DNA from: an uncultured Gemmatimonadales bacterium
GTDB lineage: Bacteria > Gemmatimonadota > Gemmatimonadetes > Gemmatimonadales > GWC2-71-9
Length of the DNA stretch: 64,000 bases
Assembly (NCBI GenBank): GCA_963730185.1
Contig: CAVSQW010000007.1
Coordinates: forward strand, 128,001 to 192,000
Direction of reading: 5' to 3'
Shown here: piece by piece, positions 1-10,276 of the stretch
Numbering within the stretch: the first letter of the stretch is position 1
How the letters are laid out: the number at the start of each line of letters is the position of its first letter
Program-made: the position numbers and the translations under genes
Notes under the pieces: generated by a model
Told to the model about the DNA's origin: nothing
Seen by the model: only the letters and a program-made list of their open reading frames with translations
Databases searched by the model: none

Positions 1-1
1 C

Positions 2-76
2 GGCCTGGCACCCGGGCCCGCCGGCGGCCTGCTGGCCGTCGGGACCAACGAAACGGTGGTCCAGCTCACCCGCTGA
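2..76 (+). CDS. 3' end of a CDS entering the window (…GLAPGPAGGLLAVGTNETVVQLTR*)
   Basis: Open frame from position 2 to TGA at 74-76 with GC3-rich codons; function not assignable. Confidence 0.5.
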   Translation, partial: GLAPGPAGGLLAVGTNETVVQLTR

Positions 77-116
77 GGCAGTCAAGTCGGGGCCCGCCGG
101 GACCGATACTCTCGAG

Positions 117-1346
117 ATGCCCGTTTCGTCGGTTCCCCGGGCGGAGCGCCGGCTGGGCCTCGCGCTGTCGCTCTATGTCGGGCTCGTCATCGCCATCGTC
201 ACGTTGGTGCCCTTCCGATTCGACTGGCCGCCGGTCTGGCGCCTGGTCGGCTATCGGGGGCTTTCCGACGTGCTCGCCAACGTCGCCCTCTTCCTCCCCT
301 TCGGGTTCTTCGTCGCTTTCGGGGGGCGAGGCCGTCCCTGGTTGGCGGGCTGCGCCTTGAGCGTCGCGGTGGAGCTGCTCCAGCTCACCCTGCCGAGCCG
401 TTCGCCGTCGCTGATCGACGTCACCACCAATAGCCTGGGCGCCGCGCTGGGCGGGCTTGCCTTCCGGATCACGGCCTCGCGGCTGGAGCGCCGTCGGGAC
501 CAGAGTCGGGTGTTCGCGCTCGACCTGCCGCTGATGGGGCTGGTCTACCTGTTGGTGCCGCTCCTCTGGCTCTCCGGGCTCGCCGCCGGGAACGAGGCCG
601 GTCGGATCGGCCTCGCGGCCCTGGTGCTCGGGGCCGGGGCGCTCGGGCTCGGCGCCGTAGACCGGCACGCGTTCCGTCCCCGGGGCGCCCGACCCTGGAG
701 CGCGCCCCTCGCCGCGACCGTCGGCGCCCTGGTCGGGCTTGCCCCGGGGTGGCTGGGCCGCCCGGTCGTGCTGGTCGGCCTGGCCGTCGGGGCCGGCCTC
801 GCGACGGCCGGGGCGTCGCGATTTGGCTCGGGTCGGGAGGAGAGCGGCCAGCGATACGAGCTTCCGACCCTCGTCCGCATGGCCCTGCCGCTCGGGATCT
901 ACCTCGCGCTGGTGGCGCTCTGGCCGGTGGCGGCGCTCGGCTCGGCTTGGCACGGCACGCTGGCCCTGGCGGGCGAGATCGGCGCCGTGGGCCAGGTTGC
1001 CATCCTTCGGTTGCTGGAGCTGGTGGCCGGCGTGACGGTGGCGGGCTACGCCGCCGCCGAAGCCGGCGGGCGCCTGCAGGCCCGGCGGATGAGTGGCCTC
1101 GTGGGGATGATGCTGCCGGTCGGGCTCGCGCTGGGGCGCGGCTTTCACCCCGCCTATGGCACGAGTCTGGTCGAGGTCACCTTGCTGGCGGTCGGCTTCC
1201 TGCTGGGTGGGCGTCTCTATCACCTCCAGCGGCGCTACCTGCGGGCCCTGCTGGGTCGGGTCGAGCCGCGGGCTCGACCCGAACCCGGGCCGGCCTATCG
1301 CATTGGGCCGCCGGTTGCCGCGGAGGGAGCCCCGAAGTGGAGGTAG
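117..1346 (+). CDS. VanZ-family polytopic membrane protein
   Basis: N-terminal VanZ motifs (DVLANVALFLPFG; VELLQLTLPSRSPSLIDVTTNSLGA) followed by many hydrophobic helices. Confidence 0.8.
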   Translation: MPVSSVPRAERRLGLALSLYVGLVIAIVTLVPFRFDWPPVWRLVGYRGLSDVLANVALFLPFGFFVAFGGRGRPWLAGCALSVAVELLQLTLPSRSPSLIDVTTNSLGAALGGLAFRITASRLERRRDQSRVFALDLPLMGLVYLLVPLLWLSGLAAGNEAGRIGLAALVLGAGALGLGAVDRHAFRPRGARPWSAPLAATVGALVGLAPGWLGRPVVLVGLAVGAGLATAGASRFGSGREESGQRYELPTLVRMALPLGIYLALVALWPVAALGSAWHGTLALAGEIGAVGQVAILRLLELVAGVTVAGYAAAEAGGRLQARRMSGLVGMMLPVGLALGRGFHPAYGTSLVEVTLLAVGFLLGGRLYHLQRRYLRALLGRVEPRARPEPGPAYRIGPPVAAEGAPKWR

Positions 1347-1834
1347 AGGACGTCGTTGCCCGCGGGTGACAGGGTCGCGATGTAGAGCCGGTCGTAGTCG
1401 GCATCGGTCAGCTCGGTCACCGTCTGTCCCGTCAGCTTCTCGACGATCGCCGGGACCAGGTTGCTGTGGGTCACCACCAGGGCTCGGCTGCCGGGGGCCA
1501 AGCCCTTGAGCCGGGCGACCAGATCGTCCACCCGGGCCGCGTCCATCGGCTCCGGCGCCACATGGATCTCGCGGGCGAGGGGGAGCGCCGTTTCCTGGGT
1601 CCGCTTGAACTGGGACACCAGGATCGTGGTGATCCGAGCGTCCCGGAGCATGGTGGCCAGCGCCTCGGCCCGGGCCCGGCCCTCGCGGGTCAGCGAAGGG
1701 TCCGGCGTCTCGGGTCCCTTCTCGGCGTGCCTAACGATAAAGACGGTCACCGGCGCCGCGGTCTGGGCGGCGGCAATCGGCGGGACGACGAGCGCGGCCA
1801 CCAGGCCGAGGCGGGCGAGTCGGAATCGTCGCAT
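1295..1834 (-). CDS. Exported histidine phosphatase (phosphoglycerate mutase/SixA superfamily)
   Basis: Signal peptide MRRFRLARLGLVAALVV…AAA; VFIVRHAEK, LTREGRARA, SQFKRTQETA, LVVTHSN motifs; start chosen at ATG 1834. Confidence 0.85.
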   Translation of the reverse strand: MRRFRLARLGLVAALVVPPIAAAQTAAPVTVFIVRHAEKGPETPDPSLTREGRARAEALATMLRDARITTILVSQFKRTQETALPLAREIHVAPEPMDAARVDDLVARLKGLAPGSRALVVTHSNLVPAIVEKLTGQTVTELTDADYDRLYIATLSPAGNDVLYLHFGAPSAATGGPMR

Positions 1835-2061
1835 GGGGGGCTCCCGGGCCCGGGCGGGCCCTGCGTGGGGGTTCGGTTCGGCGGCCGACACCGCCGCAGA
1901 GGGCGAGAAGTTAACCGCCGACCGAGGCGCCTCCCACCCCCGGCCCCCTTTCCCGTCTGTGCGCACGTACCGGCCGGAAATCGTCCTGGGTATGTTGCAT
2001 CCGCCGCCCGATCGGAAAGGAACGCCCCGGGGGGGTGGCGTGACGGCGGCCGTTTCTCTGG

Positions 2062-3498
2062 ATGGGAGTGCGGATGAGACGACGGACGTGGTGGATCGCG
2101 GCGCTGGCCCTGGCGGGCTGCGCGACCAACCCGGTGACCGGCAAGCGGGAGCTCGCGCTGGTGTCGGAATCGCAGGAGATCGAGATGGGCCGGCAGGCGG
2201 CGGCCGATGTCCGGCAGCAGATGGGTCTGGTGCCGGACTCGTCGCTCCAGCGATACGTGCGCGGGATCGGGCTCGAGCTGGCCGCCAGCTCGGAGCGGCC
2301 GCAGCTGCCCTGGTCGTTCGACGTGATCGACGACGCCTCGGTCAACGCCTTCGCCTTGCCGGGCGGCTTCATCTTCGTGACCCGCGGGATCGTCACCAAC
2401 ATGACCAACGAGGCCGAGCTCGCCACGGTGCTCGGCCACGAGATCGGGCACGTGACCGCGCGGCATTCGGTCCAGCAGATGTCCCGGGCCCAGCTGGCCC
2501 AGTTGGGCCTCGGCGTCGGCAGTCTCCTGAGCGACCAGGTCGCCGCCCTGAGCGGCGTGTTGGGCCAGGGGCTCGGCCTTCTCTTCCTCAAGTACAGCCG
2601 CGACGACGAGACCCAGGCCGACCAGCTCGGATTCCGCTACGCCTTGAACGACGACTACGACGTCCGCGAGATGAAGAGCATGTTCGAGATGCTCCAGCGG
2701 GTCAGCGCGTCGGCGCAGGGCGGTGGGTCGTTGCCCCAGTGGCTGTCCACCCATCCCGATCCCGAGAACCGGATCGCCAAGACCGACCAGCGGCTGGCGA
2801 CGGTCACCCGCGATCTGAGCAAGGCCAAGGTGAACCGGAGCGGGTTCCTCCAGCACGTCGACGGCCTGGTCTACGGGACCAATCCCCGGCAGGGTTACTT
2901 CGACGGTACCCGGTTCAATCACCCGGACCTGGCGTTCAAGATCGACTTCCCGGCCGGCTGGCAGGTCGAGAACCAGGCCAGCGCCGTGGTCGGCGGCAGC
3001 CCCCAGCAGGACGCCATCTTCGCGCTCAGCATTCCGACCAAGGACGCGCCGACCCAGGCGCTCACCACCTTCGCCGCGCAGCAGGGAGTGCAGGTCTCGG
3101 GGCAGTCCAACGTCACGATCAACGGTCTGCCGGGGGTCTCGGCGGCCTTTCAGGCACAGGGCCAGAACGGCCAGGCGCTGGCGGGTGACGTGGTGTTCGT
3201 GGCCTACGGGGGGAGCACCTACCAGCTCCTGGGGTACGCCGCCGCCGCCAGTTACGCCGGCTACCGAAGCGTCATCCAGCAGAGCGTCCAAAGTTTCGGA
3301 CGGCTCACCGATCCGGCGGCGCTGGCCAAGCAGCCGGTCCGGATCAAGCTGGTCCGGCTCTCCCGGGACATGACCGTCGACGAGTTCGTCCGCCAGTACC
3401 CGAGCGCGGTCCCGGCGGCGACGATCGCGCTGATCAACGGCGTGGGCGCCACCACCGACGTGCTGAAGGCCGGCACCGACGCCAAGCGGGTGCAGTAG
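2062..3498 (+). CDS. M48-family zinc metalloprotease lipoprotein (BepA/YfgC-like) with C-terminal extension
   Basis: Lipobox LAGC; NAFALPGG, HEIGH, YSRDDETQAD and LSTHP motifs; alternative start ATG 2074. Confidence 0.9.
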   Translation: MGVRMRRRTWWIAALALAGCATNPVTGKRELALVSESQEIEMGRQAAADVRQQMGLVPDSSLQRYVRGIGLELAASSERPQLPWSFDVIDDASVNAFALPGGFIFVTRGIVTNMTNEAELATVLGHEIGHVTARHSVQQMSRAQLAQLGLGVGSLLSDQVAALSGVLGQGLGLLFLKYSRDDETQADQLGFRYALNDDYDVREMKSMFEMLQRVSASAQGGGSLPQWLSTHPDPENRIAKTDQRLATVTRDLSKAKVNRSGFLQHVDGLVYGTNPRQGYFDGTRFNHPDLAFKIDFPAGWQVENQASAVVGGSPQQDAIFALSIPTKDAPTQALTTFAAQQGVQVSGQSNVTINGLPGVSAAFQAQGQNGQALAGDVVFVAYGGSTYQLLGYAAAASYAGYRSVIQQSVQSFGRLTDPAALAKQPVRIKLVRLSRDMTVDEFVRQYPSAVPAATIALINGVGATTDVLKAGTDAKRVQ

Positions 3499-3537
3499 CC
3501 CGCTCGGGTGTAGCGGGTCGGACCCGGTACCCCGCGC

Positions 3538-5372
3538 TCAGGTCAGCGAGGCGATCTCCAGCCGGGCGGCGGTGCGGTAGGCCACCCGCTCGGCGAACTC
3601 CCGGGTCAGCTCCCCGATCATCGCCCCGGGGGCGGTGAAGGAGAGCGCCGACTCGGTCCGGGCCCGCCCCAGCGCGGCCACCAGCTCCAACAGCGATTGC
3701 GCCAGGCGGTCCCGGGCCTCCTCGGTCCGGGTCACGCCGGTCCACCAGCCGGCCGGCAAGGCGGGCTGGTAGGCCGAGTCGATCCGGAGCCGAGCCAGGT
3801 GGTGGTCCAGGGCGGCGAGCTCGGACGCCGTGTCCGCCGCCGCCAGGGCGAGGGGCTCGAGCTCTTCCAACAGGCGGCGGCGGGTGCGTTTGCCGGCCTC
3901 CCGGGCCACCAGCTCCCGGCTCAGCCGAGCGACGTCGGCCAGCAGATCGCGGGCGGAGCCCGGCGGGAGCTCCGCGAGCCGGTCGCGGAGCGCCGCCGGC
4001 AACTCGACCGCTTCCGAATCGCGGGTCCGGGTCAGGATCGCGGGTCGCTGGAGCTCCAACCGGGCGGCGGCCAGGAGGAGCCCGGCCATGGCCGGCCCGG
4101 TCCAGGCGAACCACGGCGCCGCGACCCGGCCCGCGACCAGTCCCGCCAGTGCCACCGCCGCCACCAGGAGATAGAAGCTCGACGGAATCGCCGTCCAGAA
4201 GCCCGCCTCCGTCCGGGTCGCGACCCGAACGTCCCGGTCGCGGAGCCACTGGGCCAGCGCGTCGGCGCGGGTGGCCGGCACCCGGATCAAGGGGCGATGT
4301 CCGGCCGCGGCGTCGGCCAGGGCCGCGGCTTCCGAGAGGCCGGGGTGGAGCGCTACCAGCTCGGCGATCGTGGGGTAGAAGGACGGGCCGGCGTGCTCCA
4401 CGAAGAGCAGCCGCTGCCCGTCGCGGTCGGCGGTCGGGTCGCAAGCCTCGCAGAGCGGCGATCCCGGCAGGGCGGCTGTGCCGCAGATCATGCAGCGCGC
4501 CTGGACCGGCCGGGCCGCCGGTTCCGGCGCGACGTCCGGCTCGGTGTCGGGTCCCCTCAGGCCGGCGATCAGCCCGTCCGCCGTGGTGAACCGATCCTGC
4601 GGGGCAGCCATCGTGGCGGCCGCCACCACCTCGTCCAGCCAGGCCGGGATCTCGGGGCGGACCTCCCGGGGATGGAACCCGCCGGCGAGCGGGGTCGGCG
4701 GGAGGTGCAAGGGGTGATCCGGCAGCCGCCCCGTCAGGGCCTCGAACAGGGTCATTCCCAGGGAGTAGAGGTCGCTCCGGCCGTCACCGCGAGCCCCCGC
4801 CAGGACCTCGGGCGCGGCGTACCCGAGGGTGCCCGCCAGGCGCCGGTGGCGGTGAGGGACGGCTGACCCTCGGCCCAGGCAGAGCCGAAGTCGGTGAGGA
4901 AGGCGGTGCCTCGCTGGTCGAGGAGCACGTTCTCGGGCTTCACGTCCCGGTGCAGGATCCCCTCGCGGTGCGCCGCGGCGAGCGCCGATGCGACCATGGT
5001 GGCGGCCGCCACCGCGTCGTCGATCGCGAGCGGTCCATCCCGGACCAGGCGCCGCGCCAGGTCGGTGCCCCGGATCAGGTCCATCACCACGAGCGACCGG
5101 CCCTCGTCGTCGAGGTAGTCATGTACCCCGACCAGATTCGCGTGGTGGAGGCCGCGAACCAGCTCCACCTCGCGGCGGAGCCGCTCGCGGGCCTCCCGGG
5201 CCCTGGCGGGCGGGGGAACCAGCAGCTTCAGCGCGATTTCCCGCCCCACCAGGGTGTCCCGCGCCGTGTAGACGATGGAGTGGGCGCCCCGGCCGATCTC
5301 GCCGATGATGACGTAACGCCGGGCCAGGATCACTCCGGCCGTCAAGCCGACGTCCGGATCGATCGCGGTCAT
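3538..5372 (-). pseudogene. Ser/Thr (Hanks) protein kinase with Cys-pair, TM and helical C-terminal region, split by a 1-nt frameshift near 4840 (pseudogene or assembly error)
   Basis: ORF 4752-5372 has GRGAHS, ALK, HRDVKPEN, DFG; adding one base at ~4840 gives TATGALAGTLGYAAPEV…DLYSLGMTLFEALTG, continuing in frame into ORF 3538-4755. Confidence 0.85.
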
Positions 5373-5956
5373 CGCTGGTCGATCCGGCTGAGCATGTCCC
5401 GGGCGCTCTCCCGCCAGCCATCCTCCACGTCGTAGGTCCTCAGGAACGCCTGGAGATGGGCGCGGGCCCGCTCGGTTTGTCCCAAATCGAACTCGGCCGC
5501 GCCGGCATGGTAGAGCGCCATGTAGTGGTTGGGCCAGAACTCCGCCACCAGCTCCATGATCCGCCCCGCCGATCGATCGTCACCCGCGTCCGCGATCGGG
5601 TGACCGATCTCGAACACGATTCCGGCCGCCCGCCAGCGGTGGGCGGGCTCGACCGCCTCCAGGAACTCGCGGGCCCGGTCGATCCGGCCCGCGATCGCGA
5701 AGCAGGCGGCCGCGTAGCCGGAGCCTTCCAGCGTGTGCGGGGCGGGCAGTCGGGCGGTGGCCGATTCCACCTCGAGCGCGTTGCAGAACGGCTTGACGAC
5801 CTGGAACCAGATGGCGCCGTCGGTCCCGCTCGCGAGGCCGCCGGCCGGCATCGGCGGTTCAGCCCTGGGGCGGTCGCTCCGGGGTTCGCGGAGCGACACC
5901 GCCGCCAGGGACAGTACCAGAAAGGCCAGGCCGGCGAGGTAGTGGAGCCGCAGCAT
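5369..5956 (-). CDS. Membrane-anchored/exported TPR-like protein with a CxxxE-type segment
   Basis: N-terminal hydrophobic helix; C-terminal TPR-like PNHYMALYHAGAAEFDLGQTERARAHLQAFL; 4-nt overlap with the kinase start. Confidence 0.65.
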   Translation of the reverse strand: MLRLHYLAGLAFLVLSLAAVSLREPRSDRPRAEPPMPAGGLASGTDGAIWFQVVKPFCNALEVESATARLPAPHTLEGSGYAAACFAIAGRIDRAREFLEAVEPAHRWRAAGIVFEIGHPIADAGDDRSAGRIMELVAEFWPNHYMALYHAGAAEFDLGQTERARAHLQAFLRTYDVEDGWRESARDMLSRIDQR

Positions 5957-6031
5957 GCCGGCGAGCGGTGCAAGCGGTGGGCCGGTGCTCCCGCGCTGCA
6001 AGATGCTGCAGGGCCCGGATCGGGCGGAGGG

Positions 6032-7324
6032 TCAGCCCCGGGTGGTCCGCCGGCGGAGGAAGTCCATCAGGATGAACTGGCCGAGGGTCATGGTGTTGGT
6101 GAAATACGCCTTGCCGCGGCACATCTCCGCCACCTTCATCACGAATTCCACCAGGCTCCGATCCCGGGCCAGCATGAAGGTGTTGACCATGATCCCGGCT
6201 CGCCGGCAGGCGGCCACCTCCTGGAACGTGCGCTTGAGGATCTCGGGGTCGAGGCCCATCGAGTTGAAGTACACCTTGCCGTTGGGCAGGGTCACCGCGG
6301 AGGGCTTACCGTCGGTGATCATGATGATCTGGCGCATGTCTTTCTTCTGCGCCAGCAGCAGCCGGCGGGCCAGCTTGAGCCCTTCGGCGGTGTTGGTGTG
6401 ATAGGGACCCACCTGCGCCGCGGCCAGGGTGGCCAGCGGGATCTCCTCGGCGGTGTCGTGGAAGAGCACCACTTTGAGGGAGTCGCCCGGGAACTGGCTC
6501 CGGATCAAATGGGTGAGTGCCAGGGCGACCTTTTTGGCCGGGGTAAATCGATCTTCGCCGTAGAGGATCATCGAGTGGGAGCAATCCAACATCAGCACGG
6601 TCGCGGCCGATGACCGGTACTCGGACTGGTGGACCATCAGGTCGCGATAGTCGAGGTCGATCGGCACGCCGAGGCCGTTCCGAGCGATCGCGTTCCCGAG
6701 CGTGGCGGGCACGTCGAGGTTGAGCGTGTCCCCGAACTGGTACGGCTTGCTGCCACCCTCGGCTTCGATGCCGGTGGCCAGGTACGCCGTCTCGTGGGCG
6801 CCCAGACTGGCCTTGCCGATGCTGCCCAGCAGGTTCTTGAGGGTGCGATACCCGAGGAAGTCGAGGCCTCGGTCGGTGAGGTCGAATTGCACCTGTTCGG
6901 CGGCCGCGCGGGCCTGGCCGCCCGGCCCGGTGACGGCGCTGTAGCCCGAGGGCATCTTGGGGGCGTCGCTCAGCTTGAGATAGCCCTCGTCCATCAACCG
7001 CTGCACGATCTGGTCGAGCAGCTGGGCCAGCTGGCGCTCGATCTCCCGGTCCCGCTCCTCGTCGCCGGTGCCCTCGCCCCGGAGGTAGCGGGTCATCTCG
7101 GGCGTGAGCTGGCCGGACTTGAGCAGGGCATCGAGGATCGCCTCGCGGAGCGCGTCGATCGAGCGATCGCCGCCTTCGGGCGGATCGGCCCACCAGGGCC
7201 AGTCGCCGGGGCCGCCGGCAAAGCCCGACTGGAGGAGAAAGTCGCCGAGCTGGTCGAGAAGCGCCTGCAGGTTGACCGCGTCGGCCAGCTGGGGCACGTA
7301 CCGGGAGTAGGTCGTGAACCGCAT
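6032..7324 (-). CDS. VWA-domain protein (partner type of ChlI/MoxR-like AAA+ ATPases)
   Basis: MIDAS motif [33 protein letters not shown] upstream. Confidence 0.85.
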   Translation of the reverse strand: MRFTTYSRYVPQLADAVNLQALLDQLGDFLLQSGFAGGPGDWPWWADPPEGGDRSIDALREAILDALLKSGQLTPEMTRYLRGEGTGDEERDREIERQLAQLLDQIVQRLMDEGYLKLSDAPKMPSGYSAVTGPGGQARAAAEQVQFDLTDRGLDFLGYRTLKNLLGSIGKASLGAHETAYLATGIEAEGGSKPYQFGDTLNLDVPATLGNAIARNGLGVPIDLDYRDLMVHQSEYRSSAATVLMLDCSHSMILYGEDRFTPAKKVALALTHLIRSQFPGDSLKVVLFHDTAEEIPLATLAAAQVGPYHTNTAEGLKLARRLLLAQKKDMRQIIMITDGKPSAVTLPNGKVYFNSMGLDPEILKRTFQEVAACRRAGIMVNTFMLARDRSLVEFVMKVAEMCRGKAYFTNTMTLGQFILMDFLRRRTTRG

Positions 7325-7389
7325 ACTCCAACGTTGCCGATACTCGGGGCCGGGGGCAAGGGCGAGGTCCGGCCGTTCCGGGAGCTGCT

Positions 7390-8706
7390 ATGTTTCCCTC
7401 CGTGCCGCTTCCCATCCGTGCGACCGTGCGTCGGGCGCTGACCGTCGGGGCGCTCCGCCACCGGAACTTCCGGCTCTTCATCATCGGGCAGTTCGTGTCG
7501 CTCTGCGGCACCTGGATGCAGAACGTCGCCCTGGCGTGGCTGGTGCTCCAGCTCACCGACTCGACGCTCCAGACCGGTCTGGTGACCACCTTCAGCACCC
7601 TGCCGGTTCTGTTGTTCACGCTCTACGGCGGGGTGGTGGCCGACCGGGTCAACCGCCGGCGCTGGCTCATCTGGCTCCAGGGCCTGTTTCTGGTCGAGGC
7701 CGCCGTCCTGACCGGATTGACCGCGACCGGCCGGATCACCGTCCCGTGGATCTACGGGCTGTCGATCGTGGCCGGGGTGGTGACCGCCTTCGAGATCCCG
7801 ATCCGCCAGTCGTATCTGATGGAACTGGTGGGTCGGACCGACCTGATGAGCGCCATCGCGATGAACAGCACGTCGTTCAACCTCTCCCGGGTGGCGGGGC
7901 CGGCGGCGGCGGCGGCGGTGACCGCGGCCTTCGGTGCGGCGGCCGCCTTCGGCGTGAACGCCGTGAGTTTCGTTGCGGTGTTGATCGCGCTCTACTTGAT
8001 CAACCCGGCCGAGGCCGCGGGCCCGCCGCGGTCGCCCCACCGGGCCCGCTTCCGGGCCGGGCTGGAGCATGTCTTCGGTGATCGCCTGGCGCGGACCTTG
8101 ATCATCCTGGCGACCGTGTACACGCTCTTCGCGGCGTCGCTGGTGGCCATTCTCCCCGCCTATGCGGCCAAGGACGTCGGGGCCGGGGTCGGTGGGTACG
8201 GCGGCCTGATGTCGGCCTTCGGCGTCGGCGCGGCCTTCGGCGCGATCACTCTGGCAGCCATCGGGGGACGCTTCGCCCGCGAGCGCGTGGCGCTGGCGGC
8301 CGGGATCGGGCTCGGGGCCTCGGTCCTGCTCCTCGGCGTGGTACACCGGTACCCCGTTGCCCTGCTGCTCATTCTGGTGGCCGGGCTCTGCATGGCCTTG
8401 AGCGCGATCATGACCAACACGATTCTCCAGACGGGCGCGCCCGACCATCTCCGGGGACAGGTGGTGGGGCTCTATTCGTTCGTGGTCATCGGCCTGGCCC
8501 CGATCGGGTCGGCGGAGGCTGGCTGGGTCGGCGAGCAGTATCGTCCCGCCACGGCCATCGGCCTGGGTGGGGCGGTGTGTCTGGTGGCGGCGCTGATCGG
8601 CGCGTGGCGCCTGGGGCTCTTCGCCCGCCGGCGGCGCCCGCCGGTGGCGGCTCGGATCCCGGGGCCCGAGGCAGGTTCCACCGGCGGTGGGGGAGGGACG
8701 CCGTGA
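7390..8706 (+). CDS. MFS transporter (MFS_3/DHA3-like)
   Basis: ALRHRNFRLF…GQFVSLCGTWMQ; GGVVADRVNRRR motif A; about 12 TM segments. Confidence 0.9.
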   Translation: MFPSVPLPIRATVRRALTVGALRHRNFRLFIIGQFVSLCGTWMQNVALAWLVLQLTDSTLQTGLVTTFSTLPVLLFTLYGGVVADRVNRRRWLIWLQGLFLVEAAVLTGLTATGRITVPWIYGLSIVAGVVTAFEIPIRQSYLMELVGRTDLMSAIAMNSTSFNLSRVAGPAAAAAVTAAFGAAAAFGVNAVSFVAVLIALYLINPAEAAGPPRSPHRARFRAGLEHVFGDRLARTLIILATVYTLFAASLVAILPAYAAKDVGAGVGGYGGLMSAFGVGAAFGAITLAAIGGRFARERVALAAGIGLGASVLLLGVVHRYPVALLLILVAGLCMALSAIMTNTILQTGAPDHLRGQVVGLYSFVVIGLAPIGSAEAGWVGEQYRPATAIGLGGAVCLVAALIGAWRLGLFARRRRPPVAARIPGPEAGSTGGGGGTP

Positions 8707-9365
8707 TCATTACGGTTTCGCGGGAGATGGGCGCGGGCGGGGCCGAGGTCGCTCGACGGGTGGCGCACGAGCTCGGCTGGCGGGTGGTCGACAACGAGCT
8801 GGTCGACCGGGTGGCGGCCCGCTCGGGGTTGCCTCGGGAGGAAGTCGAGGAGCGCGAGGAGCGGGCGCCCGGATTTCTGGAGCGCTTGGTTCGGATGGCG
8901 AGCCGAGCCGTGCCCGAGGTCTTTCCCGCGGCGGAGGACGTGCCCGAACCCGAGCGCGACGAGGCGCGACTGGTGCAGTGCACCGAGGCGGTGGTGGCGG
9001 AGATGGCGGCCGAGGGGCGGGTCGTGCTGGTGGGCCGGGCCGCGCCGGCGGTCATCGGGCAGAACCGGGACGCGATTCACGTCCGGGTCGTGGCGCCCCG
9101 GCCGGACCGGGTGGCGGCCGTGGCGGCGGCGCGCGCCGTGCCCGAGGGCGAGGCCGAACGGCTGGTGGACGAGTCGGACCGGAACCGGGAGCGGTATCAC
9201 CGGCAACACTATCAGCGGGATTGGCGCGACGCGACCAACTACGACTTCGTCATCAACACCGGGGCGGTGGGGGTCGACGGCGCCGTGGCCGCCATCGTAG
9301 GCCGGGCCAAGACCCGGTGGCCCGACGCGACGCGGGAACGGCGGCGGGGTGGCAGCGCGGGTTAG
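8703..9365 (+). CDS. Cytidylate-kinase-like family protein
   Basis: VIITVSREMGAGG P-loop variant; VLVGRAA, DESDRNRERYHRQHY, YDFVINT; GTG start overlaps MFS stop. Confidence 0.85.
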   Translation: MIITVSREMGAGGAEVARRVAHELGWRVVDNELVDRVAARSGLPREEVEEREERAPGFLERLVRMASRAVPEVFPAAEDVPEPERDEARLVQCTEAVVAEMAAEGRVVLVGRAAPAVIGQNRDAIHVRVVAPRPDRVAAVAAARAVPEGEAERLVDESDRNRERYHRQHYQRDWRDATNYDFVINTGAVGVDGAVAAIVGRAKTRWPDATRERRRGGSAG

Positions 9366-10272
9366 GGGCGCCGTCCCGGTCGTGCTGGCGGCCGTCATCG
9401 GGGCCGGATGCCACCCGGGGCGGCCCGCGGTGACCGTTCCGCTCGACGACTGGAAACCGTTCCTCTGGGCCACCGTCGCCTCGGACACCACCCGCTTCGA
9501 CCGCGCGGCCATTCTGGTGCCCGACCCACGCGGGCAGACCGGGGCCGGTTTGCTGCAGCTGGATCTCGCGGGGAGCGGGGCGCTGCCCTACGGGTACCCG
9601 TCCGCCGTGGAGCCGGATCCGAGCTTGCTCGACGTCCGGCTCCACGGCCTGCTCACCGCTTGGCAACCGGTGGTGCCGACGAGGTCGGCCCCGGGTGCCC
9701 CTCCGCCGGCCCGCTTGGACCGGCTCGGCACCCTGGGCCTGCCGGCGTTCTCGGTCACCCTGCTCCTGATCGACTTCAAGCGCCAACGGTACGGGACCTT
9801 ACCCAGTCGGCGGGGCGACCCGCCGGCCTTCCTGACCGGCCGGCCAGCCGTGCCACTGGAGGGGGCGGGCGATCGACTCCTGGTGCCGCTGTCGGTCGGG
9901 ACGACCGGGCTCCACCGGGTCATGCTCGACACCGGCCTGAGTCCGTTTCCCCTCTGGGTCGACTGCCCCACCTGGAGCCGCCTGACCGGCCGCGATCGGG
10001 CTGCGCCGGGTCAGGCGCGCTATCGGATCGATCACCCCGAGGGCGAGTTGACCTTCGTGACGGGGGTGACCCGCGACCCGGTCCGGTTGGGGGAGCACTC
10101 GCTCGGGCGGCTGGAGGTCGTGTGCCTGACCGACGGGCCGGCCGAGGCGGCGTTCGACGCCTGGCCGTTCCGGGTGGGCGGGGTGCTGGGGGCCCGGGCC
10201 TTCGGCGACGGGACCCTGTTGGTGCTCGATCCGCGTAACGGTCGCCTCTGGGTCGAGTCGGCCGGGCAATAG
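9349..10272 (+). CDS. Putative exported protein with a retropepsin-like aspartyl protease motif
   Basis: Signal peptide ending AGC; VMLDTGLS and GGVLGARAF motifs of the pepsin/retropepsin fold. Confidence 0.55.
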   Translation: MAARVRGAVPVVLAAVIGAGCHPGRPAVTVPLDDWKPFLWATVASDTTRFDRAAILVPDPRGQTGAGLLQLDLAGSGALPYGYPSAVEPDPSLLDVRLHGLLTAWQPVVPTRSAPGAPPPARLDRLGTLGLPAFSVTLLLIDFKRQRYGTLPSRRGDPPAFLTGRPAVPLEGAGDRLLVPLSVGTTGLHRVMLDTGLSPFPLWVDCPTWSRLTGRDRAAPGQARYRIDHPEGELTFVTGVTRDPVRLGEHSLGRLEVVCLTDGPAEAAFDAWPFRVGGVLGARAFGDGTLLVLDPRNGRLWVESAGQ

Positions 10273-10276
10273 GCGC

